A stretch of 64,000 nt of DNA from Pluralibacter gergoviae ATCC 33028 = NBRC 105706 (GCF_001598855.1 NZ_BCZS01000012.1:93551-157550); one strand, 5' to 3'; counted from the stretch's first letter, positions 1 through 10,795 are shown. Numbers and translations are program-made. Notes: generated from the sequence alone by a model not told the origin.

Positions 1-97
1 GACGTAGATGTCATAGAAAACGGTGATGATCACACTCTTTGCAGGGTTTTTACCCTCAACCTGGCGCACCCCGCTGGCAGGGTGCGTCAGTGAGTAC

Positions 98-1291
98 TTA
101 CATTACGGCAGCAAAGGCTTTCGCCACGCGCTGCACGTTGCGGCTGTTCAGCCCCGCCACGCACATGCGGCCGCTGGCGATCAGGTAGACGCCAAACTCT
201 TCGCGCAGCCGCTCGACCTGGGCCGCGCTGAGGCCGGTATAGCTGAACATGCCGCGCTGCTTAAGCAGATAATCAAAGTTGCCTTCCGGCATCTCCTGCC
301 TGAGCACCGCCACCAGCGCCTGGCGCATCTCCAGGATACGGGTGCGCATAATCTCCACTTCCGCCAGCCAGTTGGCCTTCAGCTCGGCGCTGTTAAGCAC
401 CGCCGAGACGACCTGCGCGCCGAAGTTCGGCGGGCTGGAGTAGTTGCGGCGCACGGTCGCCTTCAGCTGACCCAGCACGCGGCCCGCCGTGGCGGCATCG
501 TCGCAGATAACCGACAGCCCGCCGACCCGCTCGCCGTACAGCGAGAAGATTTTCGAGAACGAGTTGCTGACCAGCGCGGGCAGGCCGGCGCTGGCGATGG
601 TGCGGATAGCGTACGCGTCCTCTTCCATCCCGGCGCCAAAGCCCTGGTAGGCGATATCGAGGAACGGGATCAGGTTGCGCGCCTTCAGCACTTCGGTCAC
701 CGAGTCCCACTCGGCGTTCGTCAAGTCGGCGCCGGTGGGGTTGTGGCAGCAGGGATGCAGCAGAACGATATCTTTTTCCGGCAGGGTGCCGAGCTTCTCC
801 AGCAGGGCCTCAACGCGCACGCCGTTGCTCTCACTGTCGAACCAGGGGTAAGTACCCACTTCGAAGCCGGCCCCTTCAAAGATGGCGATGTGGTTTTCCC
901 AGGTCGGATCGCTGACCCACACCTTCGACTGCGGGAAGTAGCGCTTAAGGAAATCGGCGCCGACCTTCAGCGCGCCGGAGCCGCCGAGGGTCTGAATGGT
1001 CGCCACGCGCTGCTGGGCCAGCACCGGATGGTCGGCGCCAAACAGCAGGGGCGCAATGCCGCTGCGATAGGTATTCAGGCCTTCCATCGGCAGATACACC
1101 GAGGCGCCGTGCGGCTGGGCATTCAGGCGGGACTCCGCCTCGGCAACCGCCTGCAGCTGAGGGATAATGCCCTCTTCGTTGTAGTAGAGGCCGATGCTGA
1201 GATTGACCTTGTCGCTGCGGGGATCGTCTTTGAATTTTTCCATCAGAGAGAGGATGGGATCGCCGGCGTAGGCGTCAACGTTCTGAAACAC
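98..1291 (-). CDS. tyrB: aromatic-amino-acid aminotransferase TyrB; GTG start at 1289-1291 with GGAG RBS; the longer track ORF 98..1552 is 5' UTR read-through
   Basis: Near-identical along full length to E. coli TyrB ([14 protein letters not shown]...[10 protein letters not shown]). Confidence 0.95.
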   Translation of the reverse strand: MFQNVDAYAGDPILSLMEKFKDDPRSDKVNLSIGLYYNEEGIIPQLQAVAEAESRLNAQPHGASVYLPMEGLNTYRSGIAPLLFGADHPVLAQQRVATIQTLGGSGALKVGADFLKRYFPQSKVWVSDPTWENHIAIFEGAGFEVGTYPWFDSESNGVRVEALLEKLGTLPEKDIVLLHPCCHNPTGADLTNAEWDSVTEVLKARNLIPFLDIAYQGFGAGMEEDAYAIRTIASAGLPALVSNSFSKIFSLYGERVGGLSVICDDAATAGRVLGQLKATVRRNYSSPPNFGAQVVSAVLNSAELKANWLAEVEIMRTRILEMRQALVAVLRQEMPEGNFDYLLKQRGMFSYTGLSAAQVERLREEFGVYLIASGRMCVAGLNSRNVQRVAKAFAAVM

Positions 1292-1558
1292 GCGATGGTT
1301 CTCCTGGAGTCTGTTATGTAGGGCAGGGATCACCACAATAAACTGGATGCGGGGGAAGATCGAGGGGGATGTTCGCCGTCTGACCGACAGGAGGTTACCG
1401 CCAGATAAGGTGGCGCCCCGCATCCTGGTGCTGGCTAAGAATGCGGATAATGATAATGTCCATCGCGGTCTGCAGGAAATAAAGCGTATGGCGTGCAACG
1501 GGAAGTGAAAAAATCCCTTCCCCAAGTTCGGGACGGCGGGTCCCAATCGCATTACTGC

Positions 1559-1690
1559 TTAATATTCAAAGAGTTCAGACATGTGCGCGATATAACGATC
1601 GGCACACGTCTCACCCAACTGCCGGAAGCCATAATGCCAGATGGCCTCCAGATCCTCATTTGCCCGGGGCGTGAGTTTAACGGTCTTCAC
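1559..1690 (-). pseudogene. parE/relE-family toxin remnant. 43 codons (VKTVKLTPRANEDLEAIWHYGF...) are followed by an in-frame TAA. ParE-like residues continue after the stop ([23 protein letters not shown]), then similarity is lost
   Basis: GTG start overlaps the upstream antitoxin stop in the usual TA arrangement; N-terminal ParE motif; premature TAA at 1559-1561. Confidence 0.55.
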
Positions 1691-1943
1691 TGTCCTTCCT
1701 TGTGCCCTTTTTCACATTGCGCAGGAAAGCATCCTTTTCCCACGCCTGCGGTTCGCCGCTGCTTAACCCTTCAGCCAGCAGGTCACGTAGCGTCTGTAAG
1801 CGCGACTCGGCCTGCTTTTCTCTGAGGAGTCTTAGCGATTCACGAATGACTTCACTCTGCGTACGGTAATCGCCAGCCTCAATGAGGGACTCAATAAATT
1901 CACGCAGCTCATCACCGAGATCGACCGTTACTGTGCGTGCTAT
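1677..1943 (-). pseudogene. ParD/CC2985-family RHH antitoxin-like ORF (VTVDLGDELREFIESLIEAGDYRTQSEVIRESLRLLREKQAESRLQTLRDLLAEGLSSGEPQAWEKDAFL...). There is no in-frame ATG/GTG/TTG between the upstream TAG and the conserved N-terminus
   Basis: Hand translation of the minus strand; RHH antitoxin motif; absence of a canonical start suggests decay or a non-canonical start. Confidence 0.5.
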
Positions 1944-2035
1944 AAGGCACCTCTCTGTAAGAACATATCTTACAAAGATGATAGAGCACTGAACCGACTG
2001 TGGCTATATAGTCTTAAGATGCCTGCCACTAAGAA

Positions 2036-3115
2036 TTAATCAATATACTCCATCGCCACCCTTGACGTCAGGCGCGTGATAAGTTCGTAAGCACTCACTT
2101 TCGTAATCTCAGCGATACGCTCAACCGGCAGGCCCTTGCCCCACATAATCACCGGATCGCCCGCTTTGTCGCGCGACTCTGGGCCAAGATCGACGCAAAT
2201 CATATCCATCGCCACCCGCCCGACCAGCGGCACTTCGCGGCCGTTGACCCGCACCGGCGTGCCCGACGGCGCGCCGCGCGGGTAACCGTCGCCGTAGCCC
2301 ATCGCCACCACGCCGAGGCGGGTATCGCGCTCGCTGACCCAGGTGCCGCCGTAGCCCACCGGCTCGCCCGCCTTGTGCTCGCGCACGGCAATCAGGCTGG
2401 AGGTGAGCGACATCACCGGCTGCAGGCCCAGCTCGATGCCCCAGGGATGCTGCTCCAGCGGCGAGACGCCGTAGAGGATAATGCCCGGACGCACCCAGTC
2501 GAAGTGGGACTGCGGAAAAAGGATAATGCCGCCCGACGCGGCAATAGAGCGCAGGCCGGGTTTGCCTGCGGTGAAGGTGTTGAAGATATCCAGCTGCCGC
2601 TCGGTGGCGCCGCTCTCCGGCTCGTCGGCGCGGGCAAAGTGGCTGACGACGTTAACCGGCTGGCGAACGTTTTTGCACTGGCACAGCCGCTGGTAGAAGG
2701 CTTCAGCTTCTTCCGGGCGCACGCCGAGGCGGTGCATACCGGTGTCGAGCTTCATCCACACTGCGATCGGCTCGGAAAGGGTAGCCTTTTCAAGAGCCTC
2801 AAGCTGCTCAAGATTATGCACCGCCGTCTGCATACCCTGCACGGCGATCACCGGCAGGTCGTCGGCGTTAAAGAAGCCTTCCAGCAGCAGAATGGGCTGC
2901 ACGATACCGCCGGCGCGCAGGCGCAGAGCCTCTTCCAGGCGGGCGACGCCGAAGGCATCGGCATCGGGGAGCGTACGCGCGGTCTCCAGCAGACCGTGCC
3001 CGTAGGCGTTTGCTTTCACCACTGCAACGATTTTGCTGGCGGGCGCCAGCTCGCGAATGCGCTGCAGGTTGTGTCGCAGAGCGCGGCGGTCAATAACCAC
3101 AGTTGCCGCTTGCAT
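2036..3115 (-). CDS. alr: alanine racemase, biosynthetic
   Basis: 359 aa, [11 protein letters not shown] motif; synteny dnaB-alr-tyrB as in E. coli. Confidence 0.95.
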   Translation of the reverse strand: MQAATVVIDRRALRHNLQRIRELAPASKIVAVVKANAYGHGLLETARTLPDADAFGVARLEEALRLRAGGIVQPILLLEGFFNADDLPVIAVQGMQTAVHNLEQLEALEKATLSEPIAVWMKLDTGMHRLGVRPEEAEAFYQRLCQCKNVRQPVNVVSHFARADEPESGATERQLDIFNTFTAGKPGLRSIAASGGIILFPQSHFDWVRPGIILYGVSPLEQHPWGIELGLQPVMSLTSSLIAVREHKAGEPVGYGGTWVSERDTRLGVVAMGYGDGYPRGAPSGTPVRVNGREVPLVGRVAMDMICVDLGPESRDKAGDPVIMWGKGLPVERIAEITKVSAYELITRLTSRVAMEYID

Positions 3116-3131
3116 GTGTCTTCCTTAAAAA

Positions 3132-4547
3132 TTACTCATCGTCATACTGAGGGCCCGCGTAATTATCAAAACGCGACCACTGCCCGTTAAAGGTCAGGCG
3201 CACCGTGCCGATAGGGCCGTTACGCTGCTTACCAATAATAATTTCGGCGATCCCCTTCAGGTCGCTGTTCTCGTGATAAACCTCATCGCGGTAGATGAAC
3301 ATGATAAGGTCTGCATCCTGCTCAATGGAGCCGGATTCACGCAGATCCGAGTTGACCGGCCGCTTGTCGGCGCGCTGCTCAAGGGAACGGTTAAGCTGCG
3401 ACAGGGCCACCACCGGCACCTGCAGCTCTTTCGCCAGCGCTTTGAGGGAGCGGGAAATCTCCGCGATCTCCAGGGTGCGGTTATCGGAGAGCGACGGCAC
3501 GCGCATCAGCTGCAGGTAGTCGATCATTATCAGACCGATGCCGCCGTGTTCGCGGGCGATGCGCCGGGCGCGGGAGCGCACTTCCGTCGGCGTCAGGCCG
3601 GAGGAGTCGTCGATATAGATATTGCGCTTCTCCAGCAGAATGCCCATGGTGCCGGAGATCCGCGCCCAATCCTCGTCGTCGAGCTGGCCGGTACGGATGC
3701 GGGTCTGATCCACCCGCGACAGGGAGGCGAGAGAACGCATCATAATCTGCTCGGAGGGCATCTCAAGACTGAAGATGAGTACCGGCTTATCCTGCAGCAT
3801 CGCCGCATTTTCAACGAGGTTCATCGCAAATGTCGTTTTCCCCATCGACGGACGGGCGGCGACGATGATCAGGTCCGACGGCTGGAGGCCGGCGGTTTTC
3901 TTGTTGAGATCGTCATAGCCGGTGTTCACGCCGGTCACGCCGTCGTGGGGCTGCTGGAACAGCTGCTCGATGCGGGCGACGGTGGCGTCCAGCACGTCGG
4001 CGATGTTCTTCGGGCCTTCATCCTTATTGGCGCGGCTTTCGGCAATTTTAAACACCCGCGACTCGGCGAGGTCGAGCAGATCTTCGCTGGTACGCCCCTG
4101 GGGATCGAAGCCAGCTTCGGCGATCTCGTTAGCCACCGAGATCATTTCGCGCACCACCGCGCGTTCGCGCACGATGTCCGCATAGGCCGTGATATTTGCT
4201 GCACTTGGCGTATTTTTTGACAGCTCGGCCAGATAGGCAAAACCGCCCACGCTATCGAGCTGCCCCTGGCGCTCCAGCGATTCGGCGAGGGTGATCAGGT
4301 CAATCGGGCTGCCCGACTCCTGCAGGCGCGCCATCTCGGTAAAGATATGGCGGTGCGGACGGGTGTAGAAATCGTCAGAGACCACGCGCTCGGCGACGTC
4401 GTCCCAGCGCTCGTTATCCAGCATCAAACCGCCCAACACCGACTGTTCCGCTTCAATCGAGTGCGGCGGGACCTTCAGACCGTCGACCTGAAAATCGCGT
4501 TCGCGGGGCTCAGCCTGCTGTTTGTTGAAGGGTTTATTTCCTGCCAT
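3132..4547 (-). CDS. dnaB: replicative DNA helicase DnaB
   Basis: 471 aa, full-length match to DnaB including Walker A (GKT) and C-terminal RecA-like domain. Confidence 0.97.
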   Translation of the reverse strand: MAGNKPFNKQQAEPRERDFQVDGLKVPPHSIEAEQSVLGGLMLDNERWDDVAERVVSDDFYTRPHRHIFTEMARLQESGSPIDLITLAESLERQGQLDSVGGFAYLAELSKNTPSAANITAYADIVRERAVVREMISVANEIAEAGFDPQGRTSEDLLDLAESRVFKIAESRANKDEGPKNIADVLDATVARIEQLFQQPHDGVTGVNTGYDDLNKKTAGLQPSDLIIVAARPSMGKTTFAMNLVENAAMLQDKPVLIFSLEMPSEQIMMRSLASLSRVDQTRIRTGQLDDEDWARISGTMGILLEKRNIYIDDSSGLTPTEVRSRARRIAREHGGIGLIMIDYLQLMRVPSLSDNRTLEIAEISRSLKALAKELQVPVVALSQLNRSLEQRADKRPVNSDLRESGSIEQDADLIMFIYRDEVYHENSDLKGIAEIIIGKQRNGPIGTVRLTFNGQWSRFDNYAGPQYDDE

Positions 4548-4616
4548 AGTGAATGGAGCTTACCGAGATAAAGAGTGGGCCGAAAGGTTACCACATTTTC
4601 AGGAGGAATCAGAATC

Positions 4617-5600
4617 ATGGCAACACGTATTGAGTTTCACCAGCACGGCGGGCCGGAGGTTCTGCAACCCGTCGAATTCACCCCCGCGGCTCCCGCAGAG
4701 AATGAGGTACAGGTCGAGAACAGAGCTATCGGCATCAACTATATCGACACCTATATTCGCAGCGGGCTCTATCCGCCGCCGTCGCTGCCGAGCGGCCTGG
4801 GCAACGAGGGCGCGGGCGTGGTGGTCAAAGTGGGCCGCGGCGTCAGCCACCTGAAAGAGGGCGACCGGGTGGTCTACGCCCAGTCGCCGCTGGGAGCCTA
4901 CAGCACGGTGCACAATGTCCCGGCGGATAAGGCCGCCCTGCTGCCCGACGCCATCTCCTTTGAGCAGGCCGCGGCCTCGTTCCTGAAGGGACTGACGGTG
5001 TTTTATCTGCTGCGCAAAACGTATGAGATCCGGCCCGGCGAGCCGTTCCTGTTTCACGCCGCCGCCGGCGGCGTGGGGCTTATCGCCTGCCAGTGGGCAA
5101 AATCGCTGGGGGCGAAGCTTATCGGCACCGTCGGCTCAGCGGAAAAAGCGCAGAGCGCGCTGGACGCCGGGGCATGGCAGGTCATTAACTACCGCGATGA
5201 GAACATCGCCGAACGCGTGCGCGAGATAACCGGCGGCGAAATGCTGCGGGTAGTGTACGATTCGGTGGGGAAAGAGACCTGGGAGGCGTCGCTGGACTGC
5301 CTGCAGCGGCGCGGCCTGATGGTCAGCTTCGGCAACTCTTCCGGCCCGGTAACCGGCGTCAACCTCGGGATCCTCAACCAGAAGGGCTCCCTGTACGTCA
5401 CCCGCCCTTCCCTGCAGGGCTATATAACGACGCGGGAGGAGCTGGCGGAGGCCAGCAATGAGCTGTTCTCGTTGATCGCCAGCGGCGCGATAAAGGTCGA
5501 TGTGGCGGAAAATCAGAAGTACCCGCTGGCGGACGCCAGCCGGGCGCACGAGGTGCTGCAGAGCCGGGCTACGCAGGGGTCGAGCCTGCTGATCCCCTAA
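4617..5600 (+). CDS. qorA: NADPH:quinone oxidoreductase; true start MATRIEFHQHGG at 4617 with AGGAGG RBS
   Basis: Near-identical to E. coli Qor; the track ORF starts at an upstream GTG. Confidence 0.95.
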   Translation: MATRIEFHQHGGPEVLQPVEFTPAAPAENEVQVENRAIGINYIDTYIRSGLYPPPSLPSGLGNEGAGVVVKVGRGVSHLKEGDRVVYAQSPLGAYSTVHNVPADKAALLPDAISFEQAAASFLKGLTVFYLLRKTYEIRPGEPFLFHAAAGGVGLIACQWAKSLGAKLIGTVGSAEKAQSALDAGAWQVINYRDENIAERVREITGGEMLRVVYDSVGKETWEASLDCLQRRGLMVSFGNSSGPVTGVNLGILNQKGSLYVTRPSLQGYITTREELAEASNELFSLIASGAIKVDVAENQKYPLADASRAHEVLQSRATQGSSLLIP

Positions 5601-5608
5601 AAGAATTA

Positions 5609-5639
5609 GGGCTTCCCGGAGGAAGCCCTTTCTTTTTTT
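5609..5639 (+). terminator. rho-independent terminator after qor (GGGCTTCC-CGGA-GGAAGCCC then TTTCTTTTTTT)
   Basis: GC hairpin plus T-run seen directly. Confidence 0.7.
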
Positions 5640-5755
5640 ATCGTTGGCTGTATGTAGGGTACAGCACGATGAATTCGTTATTTGGCTAATAATGACAGAT
5701 TTATTGCGCACCGCCTATCGGCTTGTTCTCAGGTTGTGACGCGCTCCGCAATACC

Positions 5756-5998
5756 TTAATAGCGCCACTCCCTGCCCCGCCGGGCGCGCGGCACTTTCGG
5801 TGAATTTATCGCCCGAATCGCCCACACGATGCCAATCGCCAGCAGCAGCCAGGGCAGCAGCTTGATCATCAGGGCAAACAGGCCGCCGATAAACATCACC
5901 GCCGTCGCGACAACCAGCGCCGCAATAATCCCCACCAGCGAGACGCCGGTCACCAGCAGCATGACAAAAAAGCCAATCACAAATAACAGTTCAAACAT
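5756..5998 (-). CDS. pspG: phage shock protein G; ATG at 5996-5998, the track ORF starts at an upstream TTG
   Basis: MFELLFVIGFFVMLLVTGVSL... matches E. coli PspG. Confidence 0.9.
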   Translation of the reverse strand: MFELLFVIGFFVMLLVTGVSLVGIIAALVVATAVMFIGGLFALMIKLLPWLLLAIGIVWAIRAINSPKVPRARRGREWRY

Positions 5999-6032
5999 GG
6001 CTATTCCTCGCAAATTGATTATGCATAGAGCA

Positions 6033-6049
6033 TTACAAGAAGCGTGCCA
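6033..6049 (-). promoter_or_regulatory. sigma54 (-24/-12) promoter for pspG: TGGCAC-GCTTC-TTGT on the minus strand, with an AT-rich IHF-like tract upstream
   Basis: Match to GG-N10-GC sigma54 consensus; pspG is PspF/sigma54-dependent in E. coli. Confidence 0.55.
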
Positions 6050-6133
6050 TTTTTTAAGTTCATGAATAATAAAGAAAATACCTCGCAGCGATGGGCGAGG
6101 CGTGGTGAATTTGACCAGGTTTTAGCGTAAAAA

Positions 6134-7132
6134 TCAGCGCCGGCTGGCGACCAGCAGCAGCGCCTGCTCGAGAACGTTAACGTCGGCGCCGGCCTTGTGG
6201 GCGTTCTCGCTCAGGTAGCGGCGCCACTGGCGCGCGCCGGGAATGCCCTGGAACAGGCCGAGCATGTGGCGGGTGATATGACCCAGGTAAGTCCCGCGGC
6301 TCAGCTCGCGCTCAATGTAGGGATACATGGCGCGCACGACGGCCACCGGATCGGCGTCAGCGCCATCTGCGCCGAAGATCTCGCGGTCTACCGCCGCCAG
6401 GATGCCGGGATTCTGATACGCTTCGCGCCCGACCATGACGCCGTCCATATGCGCCAGGTGGGCCTTTGCCTCTTCCAGCGATTTGATGCCGCCGTTAATC
6501 GACATCGTCAGCTGCGGAAAATCGCGCTTAAGCTGATAGACGCGCGGATAGTCGAGCGGCGGGATCTCGCGGTTCTCTTTCGGGCTGAGGCCCGAGAGCC
6601 AGGCCTTGCGGGCGTGGATAATGAACGTGTCGCATTCGCCGCGGCCGGAAACCGTGTCGATAAAGTCGCAGAGGAAGGCGTAGCTGTCCTGGTCGTCAAT
6701 GCCGATGCGGGTTTTCACCGTCACCGGAATGGAGACGACGTCGCGCATCGCCTTAATACAGTCCGCCACCAGCGCCGCGTTGCCCATCAGGCAGGCGCCG
6801 AACATACCGTTCTGCACGCGATCGGACGGGCAGCCGACGTTAAGGTTGATTTCATCATAGCCGCGCGCCTCGGCAAGCTTAGCGCAGTGCGCTAGCGCCG
6901 CCGGATCGCTGCCGCCCAGCTGCAGCGCCAGCGGATGCTCTTCGTCACTGTAGGCCAGATAGTCGCCCTTACCGTGGATAATCGCCCCGGTAGTGACCAT
7001 CTCGGTATAGAGCAGGGTCTGGCGCGACAGCAGGCGCAGGAAGTAGCGGCAGTGCCGGTCCGTCCAGTCGAGCATCGGGGCAATCGAGAAGCGGTGCGCG
7101 GGAAAGGCGGGTGTTTGAGTCTCTGGCGACAT
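6134..7132 (-). CDS. dusA: tRNA-dihydrouridine(20/20a) synthase DusA
   Basis: 332 aa, full-length DusA similarity; adjacent to pspG as in E. coli. Confidence 0.95.
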   Translation of the reverse strand: MSPETQTPAFPAHRFSIAPMLDWTDRHCRYFLRLLSRQTLLYTEMVTTGAIIHGKGDYLAYSDEEHPLALQLGGSDPAALAHCAKLAEARGYDEINLNVGCPSDRVQNGMFGACLMGNAALVADCIKAMRDVVSIPVTVKTRIGIDDQDSYAFLCDFIDTVSGRGECDTFIIHARKAWLSGLSPKENREIPPLDYPRVYQLKRDFPQLTMSINGGIKSLEEAKAHLAHMDGVMVGREAYQNPGILAAVDREIFGADGADADPVAVVRAMYPYIERELSRGTYLGHITRHMLGLFQGIPGARQWRRYLSENAHKAGADVNVLEQALLLVASRR

Positions 7133-7212
7133 GGTGAAAATTCAGGCATCCGGTTAAAAAGGGGCGCTACTATAGCACAAAGGTGAGCGGGAGGCGCGCG
7201 CCCGCGCCGCCG

Positions 7213-7701
7213 CTATTTTCGCGACGGCCTGCCGTCGTGCGGACCAAAGAACTGCGGAGGATGGTCTATCCAGCGGTCCGCCCGGGTGGCGGCATACTCC
7301 GAATTGAGCGGATAGTAGATGCGGTTGTGCTTTTTGTTCACTTCGCCAATCACCAGCAGGCACGCCTCCTCCTCAGTGTTATTGATAAAGGTATGGCAGA
7401 CGCCGGTGCCCGCCGGAAAGCCGACGCTGTCGCCGGGTTCAAGCTGCCACAGGTAGCCGTTGATCCACGCCTGCGGATGCCCTTCCAGCACGTAGATAAA
7501 CTCCTCTTCATCGCTCTCGGCGTGCGGATAAGAGGTACGTCTGCCCGGCGGCAGACGTTCATGATGGATACCCAGCCGCAGCAGCCCCAGCTGGCGCGCC
7601 AGCGGAGCGCCAATCGAAAAGCGCTCGCTGCTGTCGGGATAGCCCGGCTGGTCGGGTTCTTCGGCGTCGCGCCAGTGGCGAATACAGTCGGGTCTTTTCA
7701 T
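7213..7701 (-). CDS. cupin-domain protein (start could be 7701 or 7710); occupies the position of yjbL/yjbM in E. coli
   Basis: Cupin-2 beta-barrel motifs (G..H.H...E..YVLEG); no close E. coli K-12 counterpart recognised. Confidence 0.6.
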   Translation of the reverse strand: MKRPDCIRHWRDAEEPDQPGYPDSSERFSIGAPLARQLGLLRLGIHHERLPPGRRTSYPHAESDEEEFIYVLEGHPQAWINGYLWQLEPGDSVGFPAGTGVCHTFINNTEEEACLLVIGEVNKKHNRIYYPLNSEYAATRADRWIDHPPQFFGPHDGRPSRK

Positions 7702-7814
7702 GATAAACATCCAAAAGAGTGAGATGAGTCAGGTATAGCACAGCGGGCAGAATCTCGGTGTTTTTACCATTCCATGATAGAATAGGGGTTTACGTTTACC
7801 ATTCGAGAATGCCA

Positions 7815-8336
7815 ATGGACAAGACCACTTCGCAAAGTATGCTCGCCCACGCTGAGAAGATCTGCGCCCAGCGTAGCGTACGTTTGACGCCCCAGCGTCT
7901 CGAAGTATTACGCCTGATGACCCTGCAGAAAGGGGCCATTAGCGCGTATGACCTGCTCGATTTGCTGAAAATCAGCGAACCGCAGGCCAAGCCGCCTACT
8001 GTCTATCGTGCGCTGGACTTCTTGCTGGAGCAGGGTTTTGTTCACAAAGTCGAGTCGACCAACAGCTACGTGCTGTGCCATCTGTTCGACCATCCGTCGC
8101 ACTCGTCGGCAATGTTCATCTGCGACCGCTGCGGCAGCGTCAAGGAGCAGGGTGCGGAAGGCGTTGAAGATATCATGCATTCGCTGGCGGCGAAGATGGG
8201 CTTTGCCCTGCGCCACAATGTGATTGAGGCCCACGGTCTGTGCGCCGAGTGCGTTGAAGTGGAGTCCTGCAGCAGTCAGGAGTGCTGCGAGCACGACCAC
8301 ACCATTCAAATCAAGAAAAAGCCGGGCCACAAATAG
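7815..8336 (+). CDS. zur: zinc uptake regulator Zur (MDKTTSQSML start; an alternative ATG lies at 7809)
   Basis: Near-identical to E. coli Zur including C-terminal CxxC metal sites. Confidence 0.93.
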   Translation: MDKTTSQSMLAHAEKICAQRSVRLTPQRLEVLRLMTLQKGAISAYDLLDLLKISEPQAKPPTVYRALDFLLEQGFVHKVESTNSYVLCHLFDHPSHSSAMFICDRCGSVKEQGAEGVEDIMHSLAAKMGFALRHNVIEAHGLCAECVEVESCSSQECCEHDHTIQIKKKPGHK

Positions 8337-8404
8337 ACGTCGGGCGGCTTGCGCCGCCCTTCGGGGTTAACTTCCCTGTTGCTCGGTGTGAGCCGTGAGT
8401 CAGG

Positions 8405-8614
8405 TTACCAACGATAGTCGTTGTGGGTTTCCCAGTCTTTCACTTCTTTCTCGGCCTGGTCTTTACCGTAGCCGTAGCGCTCCTGGATTTTGCCGACCAG
8501 CTGATCGCGCTTACCTTCCATTACCTGGAAATCGTCGTCAGTCAGCTTGCCCCACTTCTCTTTCACTTTACCTTTGATCTGCTTCCAGTTACCGCTAGCC
8601 TGGTCTTTATTCAT
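8405..8614 (-). CDS. yjbJ: CsbD-family stress protein YjbJ
   Basis: MNKDQASGNWKQIKGKVKEKWGKLTDDD... matches E. coli YjbJ. Confidence 0.9.
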   Translation of the reverse strand: MNKDQASGNWKQIKGKVKEKWGKLTDDDFQVMEGKRDQLVGKIQERYGYGKDQAEKEVKDWETHNDYRW

Positions 8615-8763
8615 GATCGTGTCCTCATCGTTCAGTGATACAGAGTTAACTGCCATCGTCCTGTTAAAGCGTCGTTTTGTGCTGGACGTGATAATAAGTG
8701 TAGATGAGGATTTTACGGGGCCGGAAAAACTCAGAATCTTTTACCATCCGAATGGCTGAGCCG

Positions 8764-10083
8764 CTATACGAACCAGGTATTGTTGCGCCAGTGCCGGCGC
8801 CAGATCCACGCCAGCGACAGGCCGCGGAGAGCAAGAAACACCGTGAGCGCCAGCCACAGCCCGTGATTGCCCAGCAGCGGCACGCTCAGCAGAGTAAGGC
8901 CGAAGCCCAGAGCGGCGATAGCCATGCTGTTGCGCATCTCCGCCCCGCGCGTGGCGCCGATAAACATGCCGTCGAGCAGATAGCACCAGACGCCGACCAC
9001 CGGCAGCACCATCTGCCAGATAACGTAGCGATCCGCCAGCTGCTGCAGCGCGGGAATGGAGGTGAGCAGGGCGACGATCTGCTGTCCGAATAAAGCATAG
9101 ACCAGGGCAAAGCTCAGCGCGACCAGCCCGGACTGACGAATGGCCGCCTTCCACACCGCCATCAGCTGGCTGCCGTCGCGGGCGCCGTAGGCCTGCCCCG
9201 AGTGGGCCTCCACCGCATAGGCGAAGCCGTCGAGCGCGTAGGCGGTAAAGGTCAACATGGTCATCAGTACCGCGTTAATTGCCACAATGTCGCCACCGAG
9301 ACGGGCGCCGTAGACCGTCAGCGCGCCGAAGCAGAGCTGCAGCAGCAGGGAGCGCAGCATGATGTCGCGGTTGAGCGCCAGCAGGCGGCGAATATTGCCG
9401 CGCCAGGCCTTTTTCAGCAGAGTGAGGCAGATGCCGCGCAGGCGCAGCACTTTCACCACCATCAGCAGGCCGACCAGCAGCGTGGCGTATTCCGCGCAGG
9501 CCGTTGCCAGCGCCGCGCCGCGCACGTTCATCTGCAGGCCCATTACCAGCCAGAGGTCGAGCACGATATTCAGCGCGTTGCCGACGATCAGCAAAATGAC
9601 CGGCGCGCGGGCGTACTGCACGCCCAGCAGCCAGCCGAGCAGCACCAGGTTGGCCAGCGCGGCCGGGGCGCTCAGCCAGCGAATTTCAAGAAAGCGCCGC
9701 GCCTGCTCCAGCACCTCGCCGCTGCCGCCGACGACGTACAGCGCCAGGTCGATAAGCGGGCCGCGCAGCAGGACAATCGCCAGCCCGGCCACCAGCGCCA
9801 GCAGCAGCGGCTGCACCAGCGCGCGGGCAAGCCCCTCGCGGTCCTGAGCGCCCAGCGCCTGCGCCGTCAGCCCGGTGGTGCTCATGCGTAAAAACAGCAG
9901 CAGCATAAACAGAAAGCTGGTGGCGGTAGCGCCCACCGCCACGCCGCCGAGATAGGCCGGACTGTCGAGGTGGCCGATAACGGCAGTGTCCACCAGGCCG
10001 AGCAGCGGCACGGTGATATTGGACAAAATCATCGGCAGCGCAAGGCGCCACAGCGCTTTGTCCGCATGAGTCAGCAGAGGCAT
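8764..10083 (-). CDS. dinF: MATE-family efflux protein DinF (lexA-dinF operon)
   Basis: 439 aa polytopic membrane protein, matches DinF; located directly downstream of lexA. Confidence 0.93.
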   Translation of the reverse strand: MPLLTHADKALWRLALPMILSNITVPLLGLVDTAVIGHLDSPAYLGGVAVGATATSFLFMLLLFLRMSTTGLTAQALGAQDREGLARALVQPLLLALVAGLAIVLLRGPLIDLALYVVGGSGEVLEQARRFLEIRWLSAPAALANLVLLGWLLGVQYARAPVILLIVGNALNIVLDLWLVMGLQMNVRGAALATACAEYATLLVGLLMVVKVLRLRGICLTLLKKAWRGNIRRLLALNRDIMLRSLLLQLCFGALTVYGARLGGDIVAINAVLMTMLTFTAYALDGFAYAVEAHSGQAYGARDGSQLMAVWKAAIRQSGLVALSFALVYALFGQQIVALLTSIPALQQLADRYVIWQMVLPVVGVWCYLLDGMFIGATRGAEMRNSMAIAALGFGLTLLSVPLLGNHGLWLALTVFLALRGLSLAWIWRRHWRNNTWFV

Positions 10084-10141
10084 GGGTAAAGCCTGTCAGG
10101 ATCAAGCGCAGCGCCGGAGAGGCGCTGCGGGGAAAAGCGGG

Positions 10142-10750
10142 TTACTGCCAGTCGCCGTTGCGGATCACGCCGACGGCCAGCCCTTCGATTGAGAAGCTCT
10201 GCTGGCGCAGATCGACGACAATCGGAGAAAATTCGCTGTTTTCCGGCAGCAGCTCAACGGTGCTGCCCTGCTTTTTCAGACGCTTAACGGTGACTTCATC
10301 GTCAATGCGGGCGACAACCACCTGGCCGTTGCGCACGTCCTGGGTTTTGTGCACCGCCAGCAGGTCGCCGTCGAGGATGCCGATATCGCGCATCGACATG
10401 CCGCTGACCCGCAGCAGGAAATCGGCGCTCGGCTTAAACATCGCCGGGTCAACCTGGTAGTGGCCTTCGATATGCTGCTGCGCCAGCAGCGGCTCACCGG
10501 CAGCGACGCGGCCGATCAGCGGCAGGCCGTCTTCCTCTTCGACCAGCAGGCGGATGCCGCGCGAGGCGCCGGAAACAATTTCGATAACGCCTTTACGCGC
10601 CAGCGCCTTGAGGTGCTCTTCGGCAGCGTTCGGGGATTTGAATCCCAGGCGCTGCGCGATTTCGGCACGCGTCGGCGGCATGCCCGTTTGGCTGATGTGA
10701 TCCCGAATAAGATCAAACACCTCTTGCTGCCTGGTGGTTAACGCTTTCAT
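10142..10750 (-). CDS. lexA: LexA repressor
   Basis: 202 aa, full-length LexA identity ([23 protein letters not shown]...). Confidence 0.97.
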   Translation of the reverse strand: MKALTTRQQEVFDLIRDHISQTGMPPTRAEIAQRLGFKSPNAAEEHLKALARKGVIEIVSGASRGIRLLVEEEDGLPLIGRVAAGEPLLAQQHIEGHYQVDPAMFKPSADFLLRVSGMSMRDIGILDGDLLAVHKTQDVRNGQVVVARIDDEVTVKRLKKQGSTVELLPENSEFSPIVVDLRQQSFSIEGLAVGVIRNGDWQ

Positions 10751-10758
10751 TCCGCCCC

Positions 10759-10795
10759 CTGGGTGTATATACAGTTATGCTGTGAGTATATACAG
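10759..10795 (-). promoter_or_regulatory. two tandem SOS boxes in the lexA promoter: CTGTATATACACCCAG (10759-10774) and CTGTATATACTCACAG (10780-10795), read on the minus strand
   Basis: Matches to the CTGT-N8-ACAG LexA consensus; same arrangement as the E. coli lexA promoter. Confidence 0.85.

Noticed and set aside
23-1321. 432-aa ORF on the plus strand
   Set aside because: Antisense to tyrB across its whole length; Arg/Ala/Gly-rich GC-driven frame; tyrB is unambiguous
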